A stretch of DNA of 64,000 bases, taken from Dictyostelium discoideum. Taxonomy: Eukaryota. The stretch is taken from assembly GCA_000004695.1 (NCBI GenBank), contig CM000151.3, forward strand, positions 7,040,001 to 7,104,000, in the 5' to 3' direction. This document shows positions 12,704 through 25,410 of the stretch, in pieces; positions within the stretch are counted from its first letter, which is position 1; each line of letters starts with the position of its first letter. The position numbers and the translations under genes were made by a program. Below the pieces are notes generated by a model, which had not been told where the DNA came from, did no database searches, and was given only the letters and a program-made list of their open reading frames with translations.

Positions 12704-13640
12704 TTCTTCGTTTTGTACAATAATAAACCTATTTATATATATTTATCTCTTTATTTTCAACTTTAAAATTGTTTTTGAACATCTTTTTTTTTTTTTATAT
12801 AAATTTTTAATCTCAAAAAAAAAAAGTATGTGTTGAAATCCACTTTTTTTTATTTTTGGATTATTTTAAAAAAAAAAAAAAATCAAGAATAATTTATACC
12901 AAACATATTTTATCACCCACTTTTTATATATATTTTTTTTTTTTTGGTAACCACCATTGCAGAAAATCACTTTTTAAAAACATTTTTCCTTTTTTTATTT
13001 AATTTACAAACAGAAAGAAAAAAAAAAAAAAAAAAAAATTAATGTTTAAAAAAAATAAATAGAGTGTTATTTTAATACATTTACATTTTATACCTCGTTC
13101 ATAAAATATCCATGTTAGATTTACAAACAGATTTTTTTTTTTCAAAAAAGGGGTTCCATTTAAAAAAAAGATTAATAATAATGAAAAAAAATGGATAAAC
13201 TTCGTTATTATTGTTTTGTTTTATTTTATTTTTTTTATATAATTTAAAACAAGTAGGGTTTTTTTTAATTTTTTTTTTTTTTCTTTGTAATAATAAACTG
13301 TTTTTTAATTTTTTTTTTTTATTATTTCTTTTTTTTTTTTTTTTTTTTTTAGTTTAATCAAAAAGTTGTTTTATAAACATTGTTTTGGAATTGGGCAGTG
13401 ATTTTTATTTTTCCCCAAGATAAATCAAAAAAATAATAAAAATAAAATATTTTATAAATATATTTATTAATAATTTCAATTTATTTTATAAAATAGGTAT
13501 TTTTAATTTAAAAACAAACGAAATAAATTAATTTATATATAATAGTAATAATAATAATAAAAGAAATTTCAAAAAAAGGTCAAATAAATCTTTCAAATAA
13601 TAAAATTAACAAAAAATAAAATAATAATTAAAATAAAAGA

Positions 13641-15221
13641 ATGATTAGAATTGGTTCAAATTTAATTAAACAAAGTATTAAAAACACAAATAAAAGTGGT
13701 ATTTCAAGATTTTTTACAACAGGATCAAATAATAGTACCAATTATAAACCAGAATCATGTGTTAAAGAAGAACCAAAAGGTAAGAGTGTTAATGTCGAAG
13801 ATTTAAAAGACCAAGAGATTATTGCATTAGTTGACAAGGGTGAAATCCAACCACATAATTTGGAAACTAGACTTCCAAATAACTTTCAAAGAGCAGTTCA
13901 CATTAGAAGAAAATTATTAGCAAGAGATCTTCAAAAGGAACATCAAAGAGCACTTCACGCACAAGCAGTTGTTGCAGCAGCAGAGAAAGCAGCAACCAGC
14001 GGTGAAGATCCATCAAGCATTCAACCAGTTGTCCCACCAACATCAAATTTAGATTTTGAAGGTTCATTAACCAACTTACCAGTTGATCATTTCGATTACA
14101 CCAAAGTTTTAGGTGCCTGTTGTGAAAATGTAATTGGTTACATTCCAATTCCAGTTGGTGTTGCAGGTCCAATCCTTTTAGATGGTAAATTAGTTTCAAT
14201 TCCAATGGCAACCACTGAAGGTTGTTTAGTTGCATCAACTCATAGAGGTGCTAAAGCCATCACTAAATCTGGTGGTGCTAAAACTGTACTCTTACAAAGC
14301 GGTATGACTCGTGCACCAGTTTGTCGTTTACCATCATCCATTCGTGCTGGTGAACTTAAACAATGGATTGAAAATCAAGAGAACTTTTATCAAGTTGCCT
14401 CTGCATTCAACTCTACAAGTAGATTCGCTCGTTTAAAGAGTATTAAAGTTGTGATTGCAGGTAGACTCGTTTACCTTCGTTTCAAATCTTCCACTGGTGA
14501 TGCTATGGGTATGAATATGGTTAGCAAAGGTGTTGAAAAAGCCCTCGAAGTCATCACTGAATACTTCCCAGAGATGGAAGTTCTCTCATTGAGTGGTAAT
14601 GTTTGTACTGATAAGAAACCATCATCAATCAATTGGTTAGAAGGTCGTGGTAAGAGTGTAGTCGCCGAAGCTGTCATCTCTGGTGATATCGTTAGAGATG
14701 TACTTAAAACCACAGTCGAAGCTTTAGTATCACTCAACATTGATAAGAATTTAATTGGTTCCGCTATGGCTGGTTCCATTGGTGGTTTCAATGCTCACGC
14801 TTCAAACATTGTCACTGCTCTCTACATTGCCACTGGTCAAGATCCAGCTCAAAATGTTGAATCTTCAAATTGTATTACCCTCATGGAAAGTATCAATGGT
14901 GGTAAAGATCTTTACATCTCTGTCACTATGCCATCTATTGAAGTTGGTACTGTTGGTGGTGGTACACATTTACCAGCTCAATCCGCTTGTCTCGATCTCT
15001 TAAAGATTCGTGGTGCCAATCTCGAACGTCCAGGTGCAAACTCTGAACAATTAGCTCGTGTCGTTGCCGCCGCTGTGCTCTCTGGTGAATTATCACTTAT
15101 GAGTGCTCTCGCCGCTGGCCATTTAGTACGTTCTCACTTGAAACATAATCGTAAAACTGAAGCTCCTGCTCCACAAGCTGATACAATTTCGATGACTCAT
15201 AATTTACCACATTCTGATTAA
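13641..15221 (+). CDS. hmgA: 3-hydroxy-3-methylglutaryl-CoA reductase (526 aa, single exon).
   Basis: Catalytic motifs [26 protein letters not shown], and the C-terminal His region. Symbol assignment is tentative (hmgA versus hmgB). Confidence 0.85.
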   Translation: MIRIGSNLIKQSIKNTNKSGISRFFTTGSNNSTNYKPESCVKEEPKGKSVNVEDLKDQEIIALVDKGEIQPHNLETRLPNNFQRAVHIRRKLLARDLQKEHQRALHAQAVVAAAEKAATSGEDPSSIQPVVPPTSNLDFEGSLTNLPVDHFDYTKVLGACCENVIGYIPIPVGVAGPILLDGKLVSIPMATTEGCLVASTHRGAKAITKSGGAKTVLLQSGMTRAPVCRLPSSIRAGELKQWIENQENFYQVASAFNSTSRFARLKSIKVVIAGRLVYLRFKSSTGDAMGMNMVSKGVEKALEVITEYFPEMEVLSLSGNVCTDKKPSSINWLEGRGKSVVAEAVISGDIVRDVLKTTVEALVSLNIDKNLIGSAMAGSIGGFNAHASNIVTALYIATGQDPAQNVESSNCITLMESINGGKDLYISVTMPSIEVGTVGGGTHLPAQSACLDLLKIRGANLERPGANSEQLARVVAAAVLSGELSLMSALAAGHLVRSHLKHNRKTEAPAPQADTISMTHNLPHSD

Positions 15222-15347
15222 AAAAAAAAAAAAATCCATGGATTAAATCCATAATTTTAAAAATAAACTTTAAGTAATAATAATAATTTTATATTTTCAT
15301 AAATTTATATATATATATCTTATTTGTTTTTTATTTTATGTTGTTGT

Positions 15348-15380
<33 letters not shown>

Positions 15381-15458
15381 TTCTTTGTGTGTATATATTT
15401 TTTTATTTTTTTATTTTTTTATTTTTTTTTATTTATTTTTTAATTTCTTTAAACTTGT

Positions 15459-16467
15459 TTAACTTGAAGAGGCAAGTGCACGAGCACGAGTTTGGGCATA
15501 CTTGATATAAGAATACCAAAAGCTTGCAAGTGTACTAAATATTAAACCAAATGAAAGTAATGGAGTTATAATAACATCACCAAACATAAATAAACCTATA
15601 ATTGTTTGGAGGATTGACTTTATTTGACCAGTGATTGATGTTGTTAATGGTGAATTCATTGTTGAACATAAAAATATGAAATAATTTAATAAAAATGCTT
15701 GAATTGATGACATAAAGAAACAAAACTAATAATAATAATAATAATTTAATGTTATATTTGTGTTAGAAAATCTCTAAAAAAAATATAATAATAATAATAT
15801 ATTGTAATAATAAATTTAAAAACACTTACTTGGAAACCAATATTTCCATAACCTTCAAAAGTTGAAATACCTTCCCATTCAGTTATAAATGTTAAGATTA
15901 TAGTTGCTGGTAATGATAAAATATTACAATAAAACATTAAACCAAATGTATTTAATTGTGTTTCTTTTGTTTTCTTTGCTAAAAATAATAAAAGAGTATA
16001 TTAGATTAGATGTGTCTTAATATAGAGATAGAGCGAGAGTGAGGGAAAGTTTTTAAAAACTTACCAATATAAATTAAATAACCAGCAGTTACAAAACAAT
16101 TGAATAAAATATAAATTGAACCAACAAAATCAAATGTTGCATCACCTAAACCAGCAATTAATGCACCTAAAACCATAACAACTACTGATTGAACTTCATC
16201 AGTTGGTGTAACTTTACCTAATAAAAATCCTTCCCCTACAATAACAATCAATGTTGAAAGTCTTCTCAATGCGCTAAATAATGGTACATTTGTCTTTGCT
16301 AATGCTGCTAAACCTGAAATTACCATTAAAATGAATAAAAGAGATAATGATGCTAACTATAATATATAGATAAAGTTAAAAAAATATATTAGGACCAATT
16401 ATGATAATTTTTTTTTTTTTTTTTTCTTTTTTTTTTTTTTTTAGAATTAATTTATATATATATATAA

Positions 16468-16541
<74 letters not shown>

Positions 16542-16902
16542 AAAGAATAAAAAAAGAGAATAGTTTTTTTAAAAAAAAAATAAATAAAATGAAAAATTAA
16601 AAAATTCTTAAAATAGATTTGAGGATGTAAAAAAAAAAAAAATTTTATATAAATATAAAAATTACCTTTTTACATAAATCAAGATTAAAATCTGGATATG
16701 ATATGTAACCAAATGTTTTCATTGTTACTAAAAAAAAAAGTGAAAATATCATTTGACCAAGTGTTAATGAATTTGAAAAATTGAAACCATAATAATTTAA
16801 AACTGCTTTATTGAAAAAGGTAATCGATACTGATGTAACACCATAAGCAACTGCTACAAAAAACCCTTTATTTTCTTTAAATGTTTTTACTATGAAATCC
16901 AT
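15459..16902 (-). CDS. SLC35/TPT-family nucleotide-sugar transporter-like multipass membrane protein. Four exons: 16666..16902, 16065..16356, 15830..15978, 15459..15725.
   Basis: Hydrophobic helices throughout. Motifs GLGDATFDF and FNCFVTAGYLIY. Splice sites are GTAATT/GTAAGT donors with (T)nAG acceptors, and frames check. Confidence 0.6.
16466..16540. repeat. (ATT)n microsatellite (~25 units), intronic or flanking in the SLC35 gene.
   Basis: Direct reading. Confidence 0.9.
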
Positions 16903-17453
16903 TTTTTATTATTATTTTATTTTTTTATTTTTTTTTGTTGTCTTTTGTAAAATTATATAATATGTCCGCTTTATATTTATTATATATTGTAAACTTTATT
17001 ATTTATTATTTATTTATTATTATTATTATTAATTATTATCGTACTAATATTCATAAACGTAAATATAGGATTCTTATATATTATTGTGGAAATGATTTAA
17101 GGAATTTTTTATTTTTTACTTGAGATAAAAAAAAAAAAAAGAACAAACACCCGACACTTCTTTTTTTTTTTCTTTTTTTTTTTAATTTAATTTTTTTATT
17201 TTTTTTTTTTTTTATTTTGAAAATGCTTTTTAGTTTTGTTGATCGCTTTTCAAAAAAAAAAAAAATAAAAAATTTCAAAATTGGTTTCTTTTTTGATAAT
17301 AATAAATTTTTATAATAAATTAATTAAATTATATTTTGTAAGTTTAAAAAAAAAAAAACAAAAAAAAAAAAAAAAATTTAATAATATTTACCACATCACA
17401 TTTAAATTTGTAAAATAACACACCCTATTCATACACTTAAAATTAATTTGTAA

Positions 17454-17490
<37 letters not shown>

Positions 17491-17806
17491 CCAAAAAAAT
17501 TAAAAATAAAAACAAACACCCAAATAAAACAAACCTTTTGAAAATAAGGTAATTATTAATTATTATTTTGATAAATCCAAAAAAAAAAAACCTTGGTTGA
17601 CTTTTTTTTTTTTTTTTTTTTTTTATATAATTATGATGGTTAATGGATTTTTCAGGCAAAAAAAAAAAAAAAAGAAAGAAATTAAAAAAAGAATGGATTT
17701 TTGATTTACATTAAAGAAAAAAAAAAAAAAAAATAACAAAATAAAAAAATGGAAAAATAAAAAAATAAATTAAAAAAAAATAAAATAAAAAATTTTCGTT
17801 TGTGTC

Positions 17807-17845
<39 letters not shown>

Positions 17846-17899
17846 CTCTTATTTTTTTCTCAATAATAATAACAATAATAATAATAATTTTTAATAAAA

Positions 17900-19117
17900 A
17901 TGACTATTAGTGCCAAAAGTAGAATTAAACAATGTGATCCATTCTGCACAAGAAAACCACTTGAAGATAAAACAGCAACTTTAAAGGATAAACCGGTAAA
18001 AGCTAAAAAATCCAATTCAGTTCCAAAATCATTAAAAACCTTTATGGAAGGTGTTCAATTAGTTAAACAAATTGATGAAAAAAGAAAACAAAGAACAATT
18101 ATTGAAAAAAAACAACAAGATGAAAAAAAAAAATTACAAGAAGAAATTAAAAATAATAATACAACCACTACAACCACTACAACCACTACTGCTACCACCA
18201 CAACTAATACATCTACTACAACACCAAAAATAAATAATAATAATAATAAAAGATTAAATAAAAAACAATTAAAACAACAACAAAAAGAAAAACAAGTTAT
18301 AGTTACAGATTTAAAAGATGATATAAAGAAATTGAATTCATTATATTATAGACAATCAAGAGAGGATGTACCAGAGGGTGTAAAAGAGGAAGAAGAGATT
18401 GAGAATACAAATTTAAAGAAATATAAAGGTGAATTGCATTCAGATTATTTAGATAGAATTAATAAAGAGATTGCAAAGAAAATGAAAAAGTCTACATCAA
18501 CCTACCAAAAAAGAAAAGAATTTTTTGATGAAAAGAAATTAAAAGAGAAATTAAAGAAACAAGGTGTAAAATATTCAGATTATTTAGAGAAAGAAAAAAG
18601 AGAGGAAGAGAAAAGAAAAGAGCAAGAAGAGGGGGGATCAGAGTCCACTGAAAATGGGAAGAAGAAGAGAAAACGTAACGTAGATGATTTCGATGAGTTG
18701 AAAGATAACATCAGATTCGGTGAACAAATTGAAAGACCACCATCACAATTACCAACTCTCAAAAATTTTACAAATAAAAAAGTTATGCAAAATACTGATT
18801 CCTCAAAGAGAGATTACTTATGGCAACAAACCAACCAAGGTAGCACTACCAATAATGAAAATTTAATCTCTTCAAAGAAATTGGAAGAAGAGAAACAAAA
18901 GAAAAAAAATGAAAAAAAACTTAAAAAACAAAAGATCACCAATGAAGCTGATGCTGAACAAGAAGCATTAAAAAGAAATTTAGAAGCTCTCAAACAAAAA
19001 ACAATTGAACATTATAATCAAACTAAAAAGAGAAGACAATTACAAAATAAAAAAGAAATAAAAGAAAATAAAGAATCTGAAAATCCTCAAACTTTAAAAA
19101 GAAAATTTTATCTTTAA
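17900..19117 (+). CDS. Lys/Glu-rich coiled-coil hypothetical protein (405 aa) with a poly-Thr tract.
   Basis: Long ORF with good A-rich start context. Low complexity; no recognisable domain. Confidence 0.45.
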   Translation: MTISAKSRIKQCDPFCTRKPLEDKTATLKDKPVKAKKSNSVPKSLKTFMEGVQLVKQIDEKRKQRTIIEKKQQDEKKKLQEEIKNNNTTTTTTTTTTATTTTNTSTTTPKINNNNNKRLNKKQLKQQQKEKQVIVTDLKDDIKKLNSLYYRQSREDVPEGVKEEEEIENTNLKKYKGELHSDYLDRINKEIAKKMKKSTSTYQKRKEFFDEKKLKEKLKKQGVKYSDYLEKEKREEEKRKEQEEGGSESTENGKKKRKRNVDDFDELKDNIRFGEQIERPPSQLPTLKNFTNKKVMQNTDSSKRDYLWQQTNQGSTTNNENLISSKKLEEEKQKKKNEKKLKKQKITNEADAEQEALKRNLEALKQKTIEHYNQTKKRRQLQNKKEIKENKESENPQTLKRKFYL

Positions 19118-19339
19118 AAATAATAATAAATAAAATAAGAATTTTCATATTAAAATATGTTTGAGTCTAAAGGATTTTTTTATTATTTTTTAGGAATCAT
19201 TGGAATCCTTTGGAAAATCACCTTTTTTTTTTTTTTTTTATTAAAACTGTATTCTGGCATTCAATTTTTTTTATCTTCCTCTTGTTCTAATTGTTGTTGC
19301 TGTTATTGCTGTTGTTGTGGCGGCGATGATGAATCGTTG

Positions 19340-19575
19340 TTTATATTCCAACAATCGTTGTTCACTTTTCAGCACTCGTTGTTCACATTCCAACAATTGT
19401 TGTTCACATTCCAACAATTGTTTTTCACTTTTCAGCACTCGTTGTTCACATTGGGAAATTCTTTGTTCACATTGGGAAATTCTTTGTTCACATTCGGAAA
19501 TTCGTTGTTCACATTCAGAAATTCGTTGTTCACATTCAGATATTAGTTGTTCAAATTCCAACATTGGTTGTTGAT
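19340..19575. repeat. 21-bp tandem repeat, ~11 copies (unit about cgttgttcacattccaacaat). Encodes ECEQRIS heptads on the minus strand (track ORF 19271..19564).
   Basis: Direct reading. The minus ORF uses CGA codons, which are rare in Dictyostelium, so coding status is uncertain. Confidence 0.6.
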
Positions 19576-19855
19576 TTTCTATCAGTTGGATCTGACCTCC
19601 ACACTTGTCAAAATATTCAGATTAAATTTCTTTTTCTTTTTCTTTTTCAAATAAATTTAAATTTTTTAATTTCTTATGTCTAGTTGGAGCCAAATTGCCA
19701 TAAACCTTTAATTGTAAAGATAATTTGGTTAGATACAAATTTGTAATCATACAATATTATTACATAAATATTGATAATCACATACCTAATGTTATTATTC
19801 CATTGCACCTAGCACACTGAAAACTAATGATTATTTATATTAAAAAAAAAAAAAG

Positions 19856-19891
<36 letters not shown>

Positions 19892-20112
19892 GATAAAAAA
19901 AAAAATAAAAACAAAAATATTTATTTAAATTAATCCTTGGCAGATGAAACCCCTTGATTTTTCATTACTTTTTTTTTATTTTAATTTTTTAATTTTTTCA
20001 TTTTTTTTTTTTTTTTTTTTTTAACTTCGTGTTGTTCATTTCAAAAAAAAAAAAATAAAAAAAAAAAAAAAATACAAAAACAAAACACAAAAACATTTGT
20101 ATTAATAAAAAA

Positions 20113-21161
20113 ATGAATTCATTGATAAAATCATCAAATAATATATTTAGAAATGTTTTAAATAAAAGACAAATTATTAATAATAGAGTATCATATAGAT
20201 TCTATTCATCATCAAATAATTATCAAAATTTTAACAATAATAATAATAATAATAATAATAATCAAAATAATCAAAATAATAATAATAAAAATTACTTTAA
20301 AGATTTTATGGCAGTTGGAATAGTTGGAGGACTTTCATTAGCTATACCATCAATTGCATTTTGTGTTGAATGTTTTGAAGAAGATGATGAATTCATCACT
20401 CAAATTAAAACTGGTTTTAAATTTCCAAAGATTTTAAGTACTGAATATCCATTCAATCTTGTTAATATCGGTAGTAGAAAACTATCATTCATAAGTATGT
20501 ATTTTATTTATTATTATTTATTTATTTTTTTAAAAAAAAAAAGAAAATATTAATTATTATTATTATTATTATTTTTTGTTTTGTTTTTATTTTAGATATG
20601 AATGTTTATTCAATTGGATTTTATATTAATAAAGATAATGCAAAGAATAAATTAAATGAACATTATTCAAATCAAAGTAAAGAAGATTTTTGTATGAATA
20701 AAGTAGAGATTGCACAAGATATTTTAGATAAAGGTATTGGTGTAACAATAAAGATTAGACCAACTAGAAAAGTGAATTGGGGTCATATTTATGGCGGTTT
20801 TCAAAGAAGTTTAATCATTATGTTATTAAAGAAATATGATATGCCATTGGACGAAATCGAAGTATTGATGAATCAACTTAAATCAACTTTGAAATCCACT
20901 CAAGAGATCTCAACAACTGAATCAATTGATTTCATAAAGAATGATGGTTTAGATCCATCTTTAATCATTTTATTCAATAATAAACAAGTTTTAGAAATTA
21001 AAGATAAACGTTTAGCAAATTGTTTCTTTGATTTCTATTTAGGTGATAATACTAAAACTCCTGAAGCTAGAAATCAATTCTTTGAAAATCTTTGGTCAAT
21101 CTTTAATCATGATCAAAATTTAAAAAATAATATTCATCATACTTTAACAAATCCAATTTAA
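20113..21161 (+). CDS. Chalcone-isomerase-fold (CHI-like / fatty-acid-binding-like) protein with an N-terminal mitochondrial-type presequence. Two exons: 20113..20494 and 20596..21161 (GTATGT donor).
   Basis: CHI-like core FKFPKILSTEYPFNLVNIGSRKLSFI…MNVYSIGFYI. N-terminus MNSLIKSSNNIFRNVLNKRQ. Splice keeps the frame. Confidence 0.55.
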
Positions 21162-21248
21162 AAAAACATGTTTATAAAATAATAATAATAATAATAAAAA
21201 AAATAATTAAAATAATTTTTATTTCTTTATTTTTTATTATTTTAGTTT

Positions 21249-21270
21249 GGGGGTGTGTGTGTGTGTGTGT
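21249..21270. repeat. (GT)n dinucleotide microsatellite.
   Basis: gtgtgtgtgtgtgtgtgtgt. Confidence 0.9.
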
Positions 21271-21708
21271 GTTAATAATAATAATAATAATAATATTTCC
21301 TTTTTTTATTATTTCTTTTATTTCACATATATATTCCCAAATTAATAATTTGCAACTAATGTGATAATTCTAATTATTTTGGAATAATTTTGGTTTAATA
21401 TCTGATCAACATGTTTTTTTTTTTTTTTTTTTTTAAAAGTGTCAAAAAAAAATAAGCAATTGATATTTTTGCTGATTTTGTTAATAAAAACATTCAAGTT
21501 TTTCATTTAACATTCAAATTATTGAACTTAATTTTTTATTTTTTTATTTTTAATTTTTTTTTTAAATTTCGCTTAAACCCATTTTTTTTTTTTTTTCATT
21601 TTTTTTTCCCGAAACTTATTTCCACTACTTTTTTTTTTTTTATTTTTTTTTATTATACAAATATTAATATTTGTATAAAGAAAAAAAAAAAAAAAAAATA
21701 AAGATAAA

Positions 21709-24204
21709 ATGAAATCATTTTTTGAAATTACAGGTGAAAATGGTGATACACCAACAACAAGTTATTTATTTTCAGATTCAGATCGATATTTTTTTGATTG
21801 TGGTGAAGGATTTCAAAAATTTACAAAAGGTAGACCAAATATAACATTAGGTAAAGTGAAATCATTATTCATTACTAAACTTACATGGGATTGTATTGGT
21901 GGTTTAATTGGTTTATTTTTAACATTAGCAGAATATAATATTAAAATTAAAGTTTATGGTCCAAAAGGTTTACATAAATTATTTACATCATCAAGAGAAT
22001 TTCAATATTCATTAAATGTTGAAATTCATGAAATTGATACAAATAAAGTTCAAATTATTAAAGATGAATTATTTATATTTTATACTTTACCAATTTTTAA
22101 ATCAATAAATAATAATAATAATCAGAATGAAAATGAAATTAAAGAATCAATAATTGATGAAATTGGGTTACCAAAATTAACATATTATGGAAAGAAGCCA
22201 AATTTTAATCAAGAAATAATTGAAAATTATCAAGAACCAATTGTATGTTATATTGGTAAAACTAAAGATTTTAGAGGAAAGTTTTATCCAGAGAAGGCTG
22301 AAGCATTGGGTGTACCAAAAGGTATTGCATATAAACATTTACAAGATGGTAATTCAGTATTGAATAAAGATGGTATAACAATTACACCAGATCAAGTTAT
22401 GCAACCATCAGTTAAAGGAACTAAAATCGCTGTTATTAGATGTCCATCATTAGATTACTTGGATAGTTTATTAACACATACTCATTTATTTAAAGATATT
22501 CATGTAGTTAATCATATTACACCACAATCTGTATTAACAAATGATAAATATATTAAATTTATGGAAACAATTACAAATCAATCACTAAATATTGGTGGTG
22601 GTGTTGGTGGTGATGGTGTTGGTTGTAGTACTAAACATATAATTGTAAATGAAGAAAATTGTGAAAGATCATCAGGTTGTTTATCATCTGATCTTCAAAT
22701 TTCAAAATTAAGAAAATTCATACCACAATTATTCCCAATTAATGATGAAAATATTCAACGTAAACAATTACCAATTGATTTAAAAAATTCAAAAATTTTA
22801 AATACAACAAATATTATACCATGTAAAGATGCAACACATATAACAATTGGACCACCACAAAATGCTGGTGAAATTCAATTTTTACCAATGTTTTTAAATA
22901 ATAGTATAAATAATAATAGTAGTAGTAATAATAATAATAATAATAATGAAGATATTATTAATAATAATGATGAAATTATTGAAGAATTTATAAATACAAA
23001 ACAAGGTAGAATATTTAAAAATCAATTAGATGAAAAAATTAAAGAGATTGAACTTGATTGTGATAAAGTTTGTTTTCCAAAGATTTTATTTACAGGTACA
23101 GGTTCATCAATTCCAAGTAAATATAGAAATGTAACAGGTAATTTTATAACATTAAAAGATGGTAGTAATTTATTATTGGATGCAGGTGAGAGTACATTTG
23201 GTCAATTGTATCGTTTCTTTGGTCCAATTGAAATTAAGAAACAGTTGGTTAATTTAAAGATGATTTGGATTTCACATTTACATGCTGATCATCATTTAGG
23301 TATACCAAATCTATTGGAAAAGAGACAACAATATTCAAAAGAATTAGGAATGGTTGACTCGACCATTAAACCATTGGTTATCATTGGTCCAAACTCAATA
23401 ATTCAATGGATTAAAGAGTTATCATCAATCATTCAAATGAATTTCATTGGTATTACAATTGGTAAGGAGACTGAGGAATTCTATGAAATTTGTCAATCGT
23501 TGGATATTAAATGTGTGACAATGGTGCCTGTAATTCATTGTAATTTCGCATTTGGCATTGTCATTGAATGGAATGACGGTTTTAAATTAACTTATTCCGG
23601 TGATACTCGTCCTTGTAAATTCTTATCGGAAATGGGTAAACATTCATCGGTTCAAATCCACGAAGCTACCTTTGAAGATGAGAAACGAAATGATGCAATC
23701 TCTAAAAGACATTCAACAGTTGGTGAAGCATTGGAAGTTGGTAGAAATATGAATTGTAAATTCTCATTGTTAACTCATTTCAGTCAACGTTATCCAAATT
23801 TAAAAATGGGAACTTATAAAGATACAAATTATGGCTTAGCAATTGATTTACTTCAAATAGCTCCTTATCAATATCCCTTGGTCTATAGAATGATTGAACC
23901 ATTCTCTTTACTATTTGAAGATGAAGCTCAAAAGAAATTCGATAGAAAACAACAAGTTATTCAACAAACTCTAATTCAAAATCCAAATAAAAAATTCAAA
24001 GCTGCAAAACAACCTGATGACACTATTGATCCTTTAGAAAAGGATTCAAAAAGATTAGAAAGGTATCAAAGAAAATATAAAAAGGTTGATTCAAATTTAC
24101 CAGCTTATTTATTTAATATCATCTCAAAATCTTTATCAAAAATTGAAAATACTTTTGATGATTTAAATAATCAACCACAAATTGATGATAATGATGATTT
24201 CTAA
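21709..24204 (+). CDS. Ribonuclease Z (tRNA 3'-processing endonuclease), long ELAC2-like form, 831 aa, single exon.
   Basis: Metallo-beta-lactamase motif ISHLHADHHLGIPNLL. C-terminal His motif HSTVGEALEVG…LTHFSQRY. N-terminal pseudo-MBL half. Confidence 0.8.
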   Translation: MKSFFEITGENGDTPTTSYLFSDSDRYFFDCGEGFQKFTKGRPNITLGKVKSLFITKLTWDCIGGLIGLFLTLAEYNIKIKVYGPKGLHKLFTSSREFQYSLNVEIHEIDTNKVQIIKDELFIFYTLPIFKSINNNNNQNENEIKESIIDEIGLPKLTYYGKKPNFNQEIIENYQEPIVCYIGKTKDFRGKFYPEKAEALGVPKGIAYKHLQDGNSVLNKDGITITPDQVMQPSVKGTKIAVIRCPSLDYLDSLLTHTHLFKDIHVVNHITPQSVLTNDKYIKFMETITNQSLNIGGGVGGDGVGCSTKHIIVNEENCERSSGCLSSDLQISKLRKFIPQLFPINDENIQRKQLPIDLKNSKILNTTNIIPCKDATHITIGPPQNAGEIQFLPMFLNNSINNNSSSNNNNNNNEDIINNNDEIIEEFINTKQGRIFKNQLDEKIKEIELDCDKVCFPKILFTGTGSSIPSKYRNVTGNFITLKDGSNLLLDAGESTFGQLYRFFGPIEIKKQLVNLKMIWISHLHADHHLGIPNLLEKRQQYSKELGMVDSTIKPLVIIGPNSIIQWIKELSSIIQMNFIGITIGKETEEFYEICQSLDIKCVTMVPVIHCNFAFGIVIEWNDGFKLTYSGDTRPCKFLSEMGKHSSVQIHEATFEDEKRNDAISKRHSTVGEALEVGRNMNCKFSLLTHFSQRYPNLKMGTYKDTNYGLAIDLLQIAPYQYPLVYRMIEPFSLLFEDEAQKKFDRKQQVIQQTLIQNPNKKFKAAKQPDDTIDPLEKDSKRLERYQRKYKKVDSNLPAYLFNIISKSLSKIENTFDDLNNQPQIDDNDDF

Positions 24205-24334
24205 AAAAAAAAAAATCCAAGGAAAGAAATAGTTCTTAAAGAAAAAAAAAGAAAGAAAAAAAAAAAAAAAAAAACAAAACAAAACCAGATAATTAAAAAA
24301 TTTTAATAATAATATTAATTATTTTTTTTTTATT

Positions 24335-24365
<31 letters not shown>

Positions 24366-25121
24366 TTTTTTTTTTAAATAAATAAAAATTAATAAACATA
24401 TATGATCATATTAAATTTGATATCAATTTTTGGTCTATTTTTAGGTTTTATTTTAATGTATATAATCATATTGTCTTTTTTTTTTTTTGGGTCTTTTTTT
24501 TTTGTGGGTTAGGTTTTATTTTAATTTTATTTTAATTTTATTTTTTTACTTTTTTTTTAATTGTTTTATTATTTTTGTTTAATTATTATTTTTTGATGGC
24601 AGATAATTGTTTTTTTTTTTATTTTTTTATTATTTTTTTTTTCAATTTGGGAAACTATCTACTATTAAAAAATAATAATAATTAAAAGTTAAATCTGTTA
24701 ATAAAAAAATTCTAAGGTGGTGGGGATCAAAAAGATCTTTTTTTATTAATTTATTTCTGGTGAATATTAAAAAAAAAAAAAAAAAAAAAACAAAAAACAA
24801 AAAACAAAATAAAAATGCACCAAGTAGGTCACTAAACAGAAAATTTGCTACAAATTAATGATTCTTATACTTAATTTAAAAGGGTCTTTTAATCTCATTT
24901 CGAAAGTTGGTAAGTGAAAATGAATGGGAAGAAATTTACTAAAAAAAATAAAAAATATAAAAATAAAAAAAAATTTAAAAAAAAAAATAAGTATAAATAA
25001 AGTTTTTTTTTTTTTTTTTTTTTTTTTCAAAAAATTAACATTTAATCATCTCAAGAAATAAGTAAAAATAAAAGTTCAATTAAACTTAAAAAAAAAAAAA
25101 AATTTCAATCAATCTAAAAAA

Positions 25122-25377
25122 ATGTTATTCAGTATGTTTTATTTTTTTTTTTAATTTTTTAAAATTATATTAAATGTTGTAGGGAATTTTCCATAAAATT
25201 TCACTACAGTAGCGTAGTGAATTTTATTATTTAATTTCACTACAGTAGCGTAGTGAAAAAAAAAAATCACTGACCTTAAATTTTTTTTTTTTTCAAAAAA
25301 CAAATAAAGTTTATTAAATTGAAATTTTATTTTTTGTTTTAATTATTATTTTATTTATTTTTATTATAATTATTGTT

Positions 25378-25410
<33 letters not shown>

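Noticed and set aside
17081-17659. Poly-Lys / poly-Phe ORFs.
   Set aside because: Homopolymer tracts, not coding.
19157-19574. Plus-strand Cys/Phe-rich ORFs over the 21-bp repeat.
   Set aside because: Low-complexity translation of the repeat. The minus-strand reading is the only protein-like one, and even that is uncertain.
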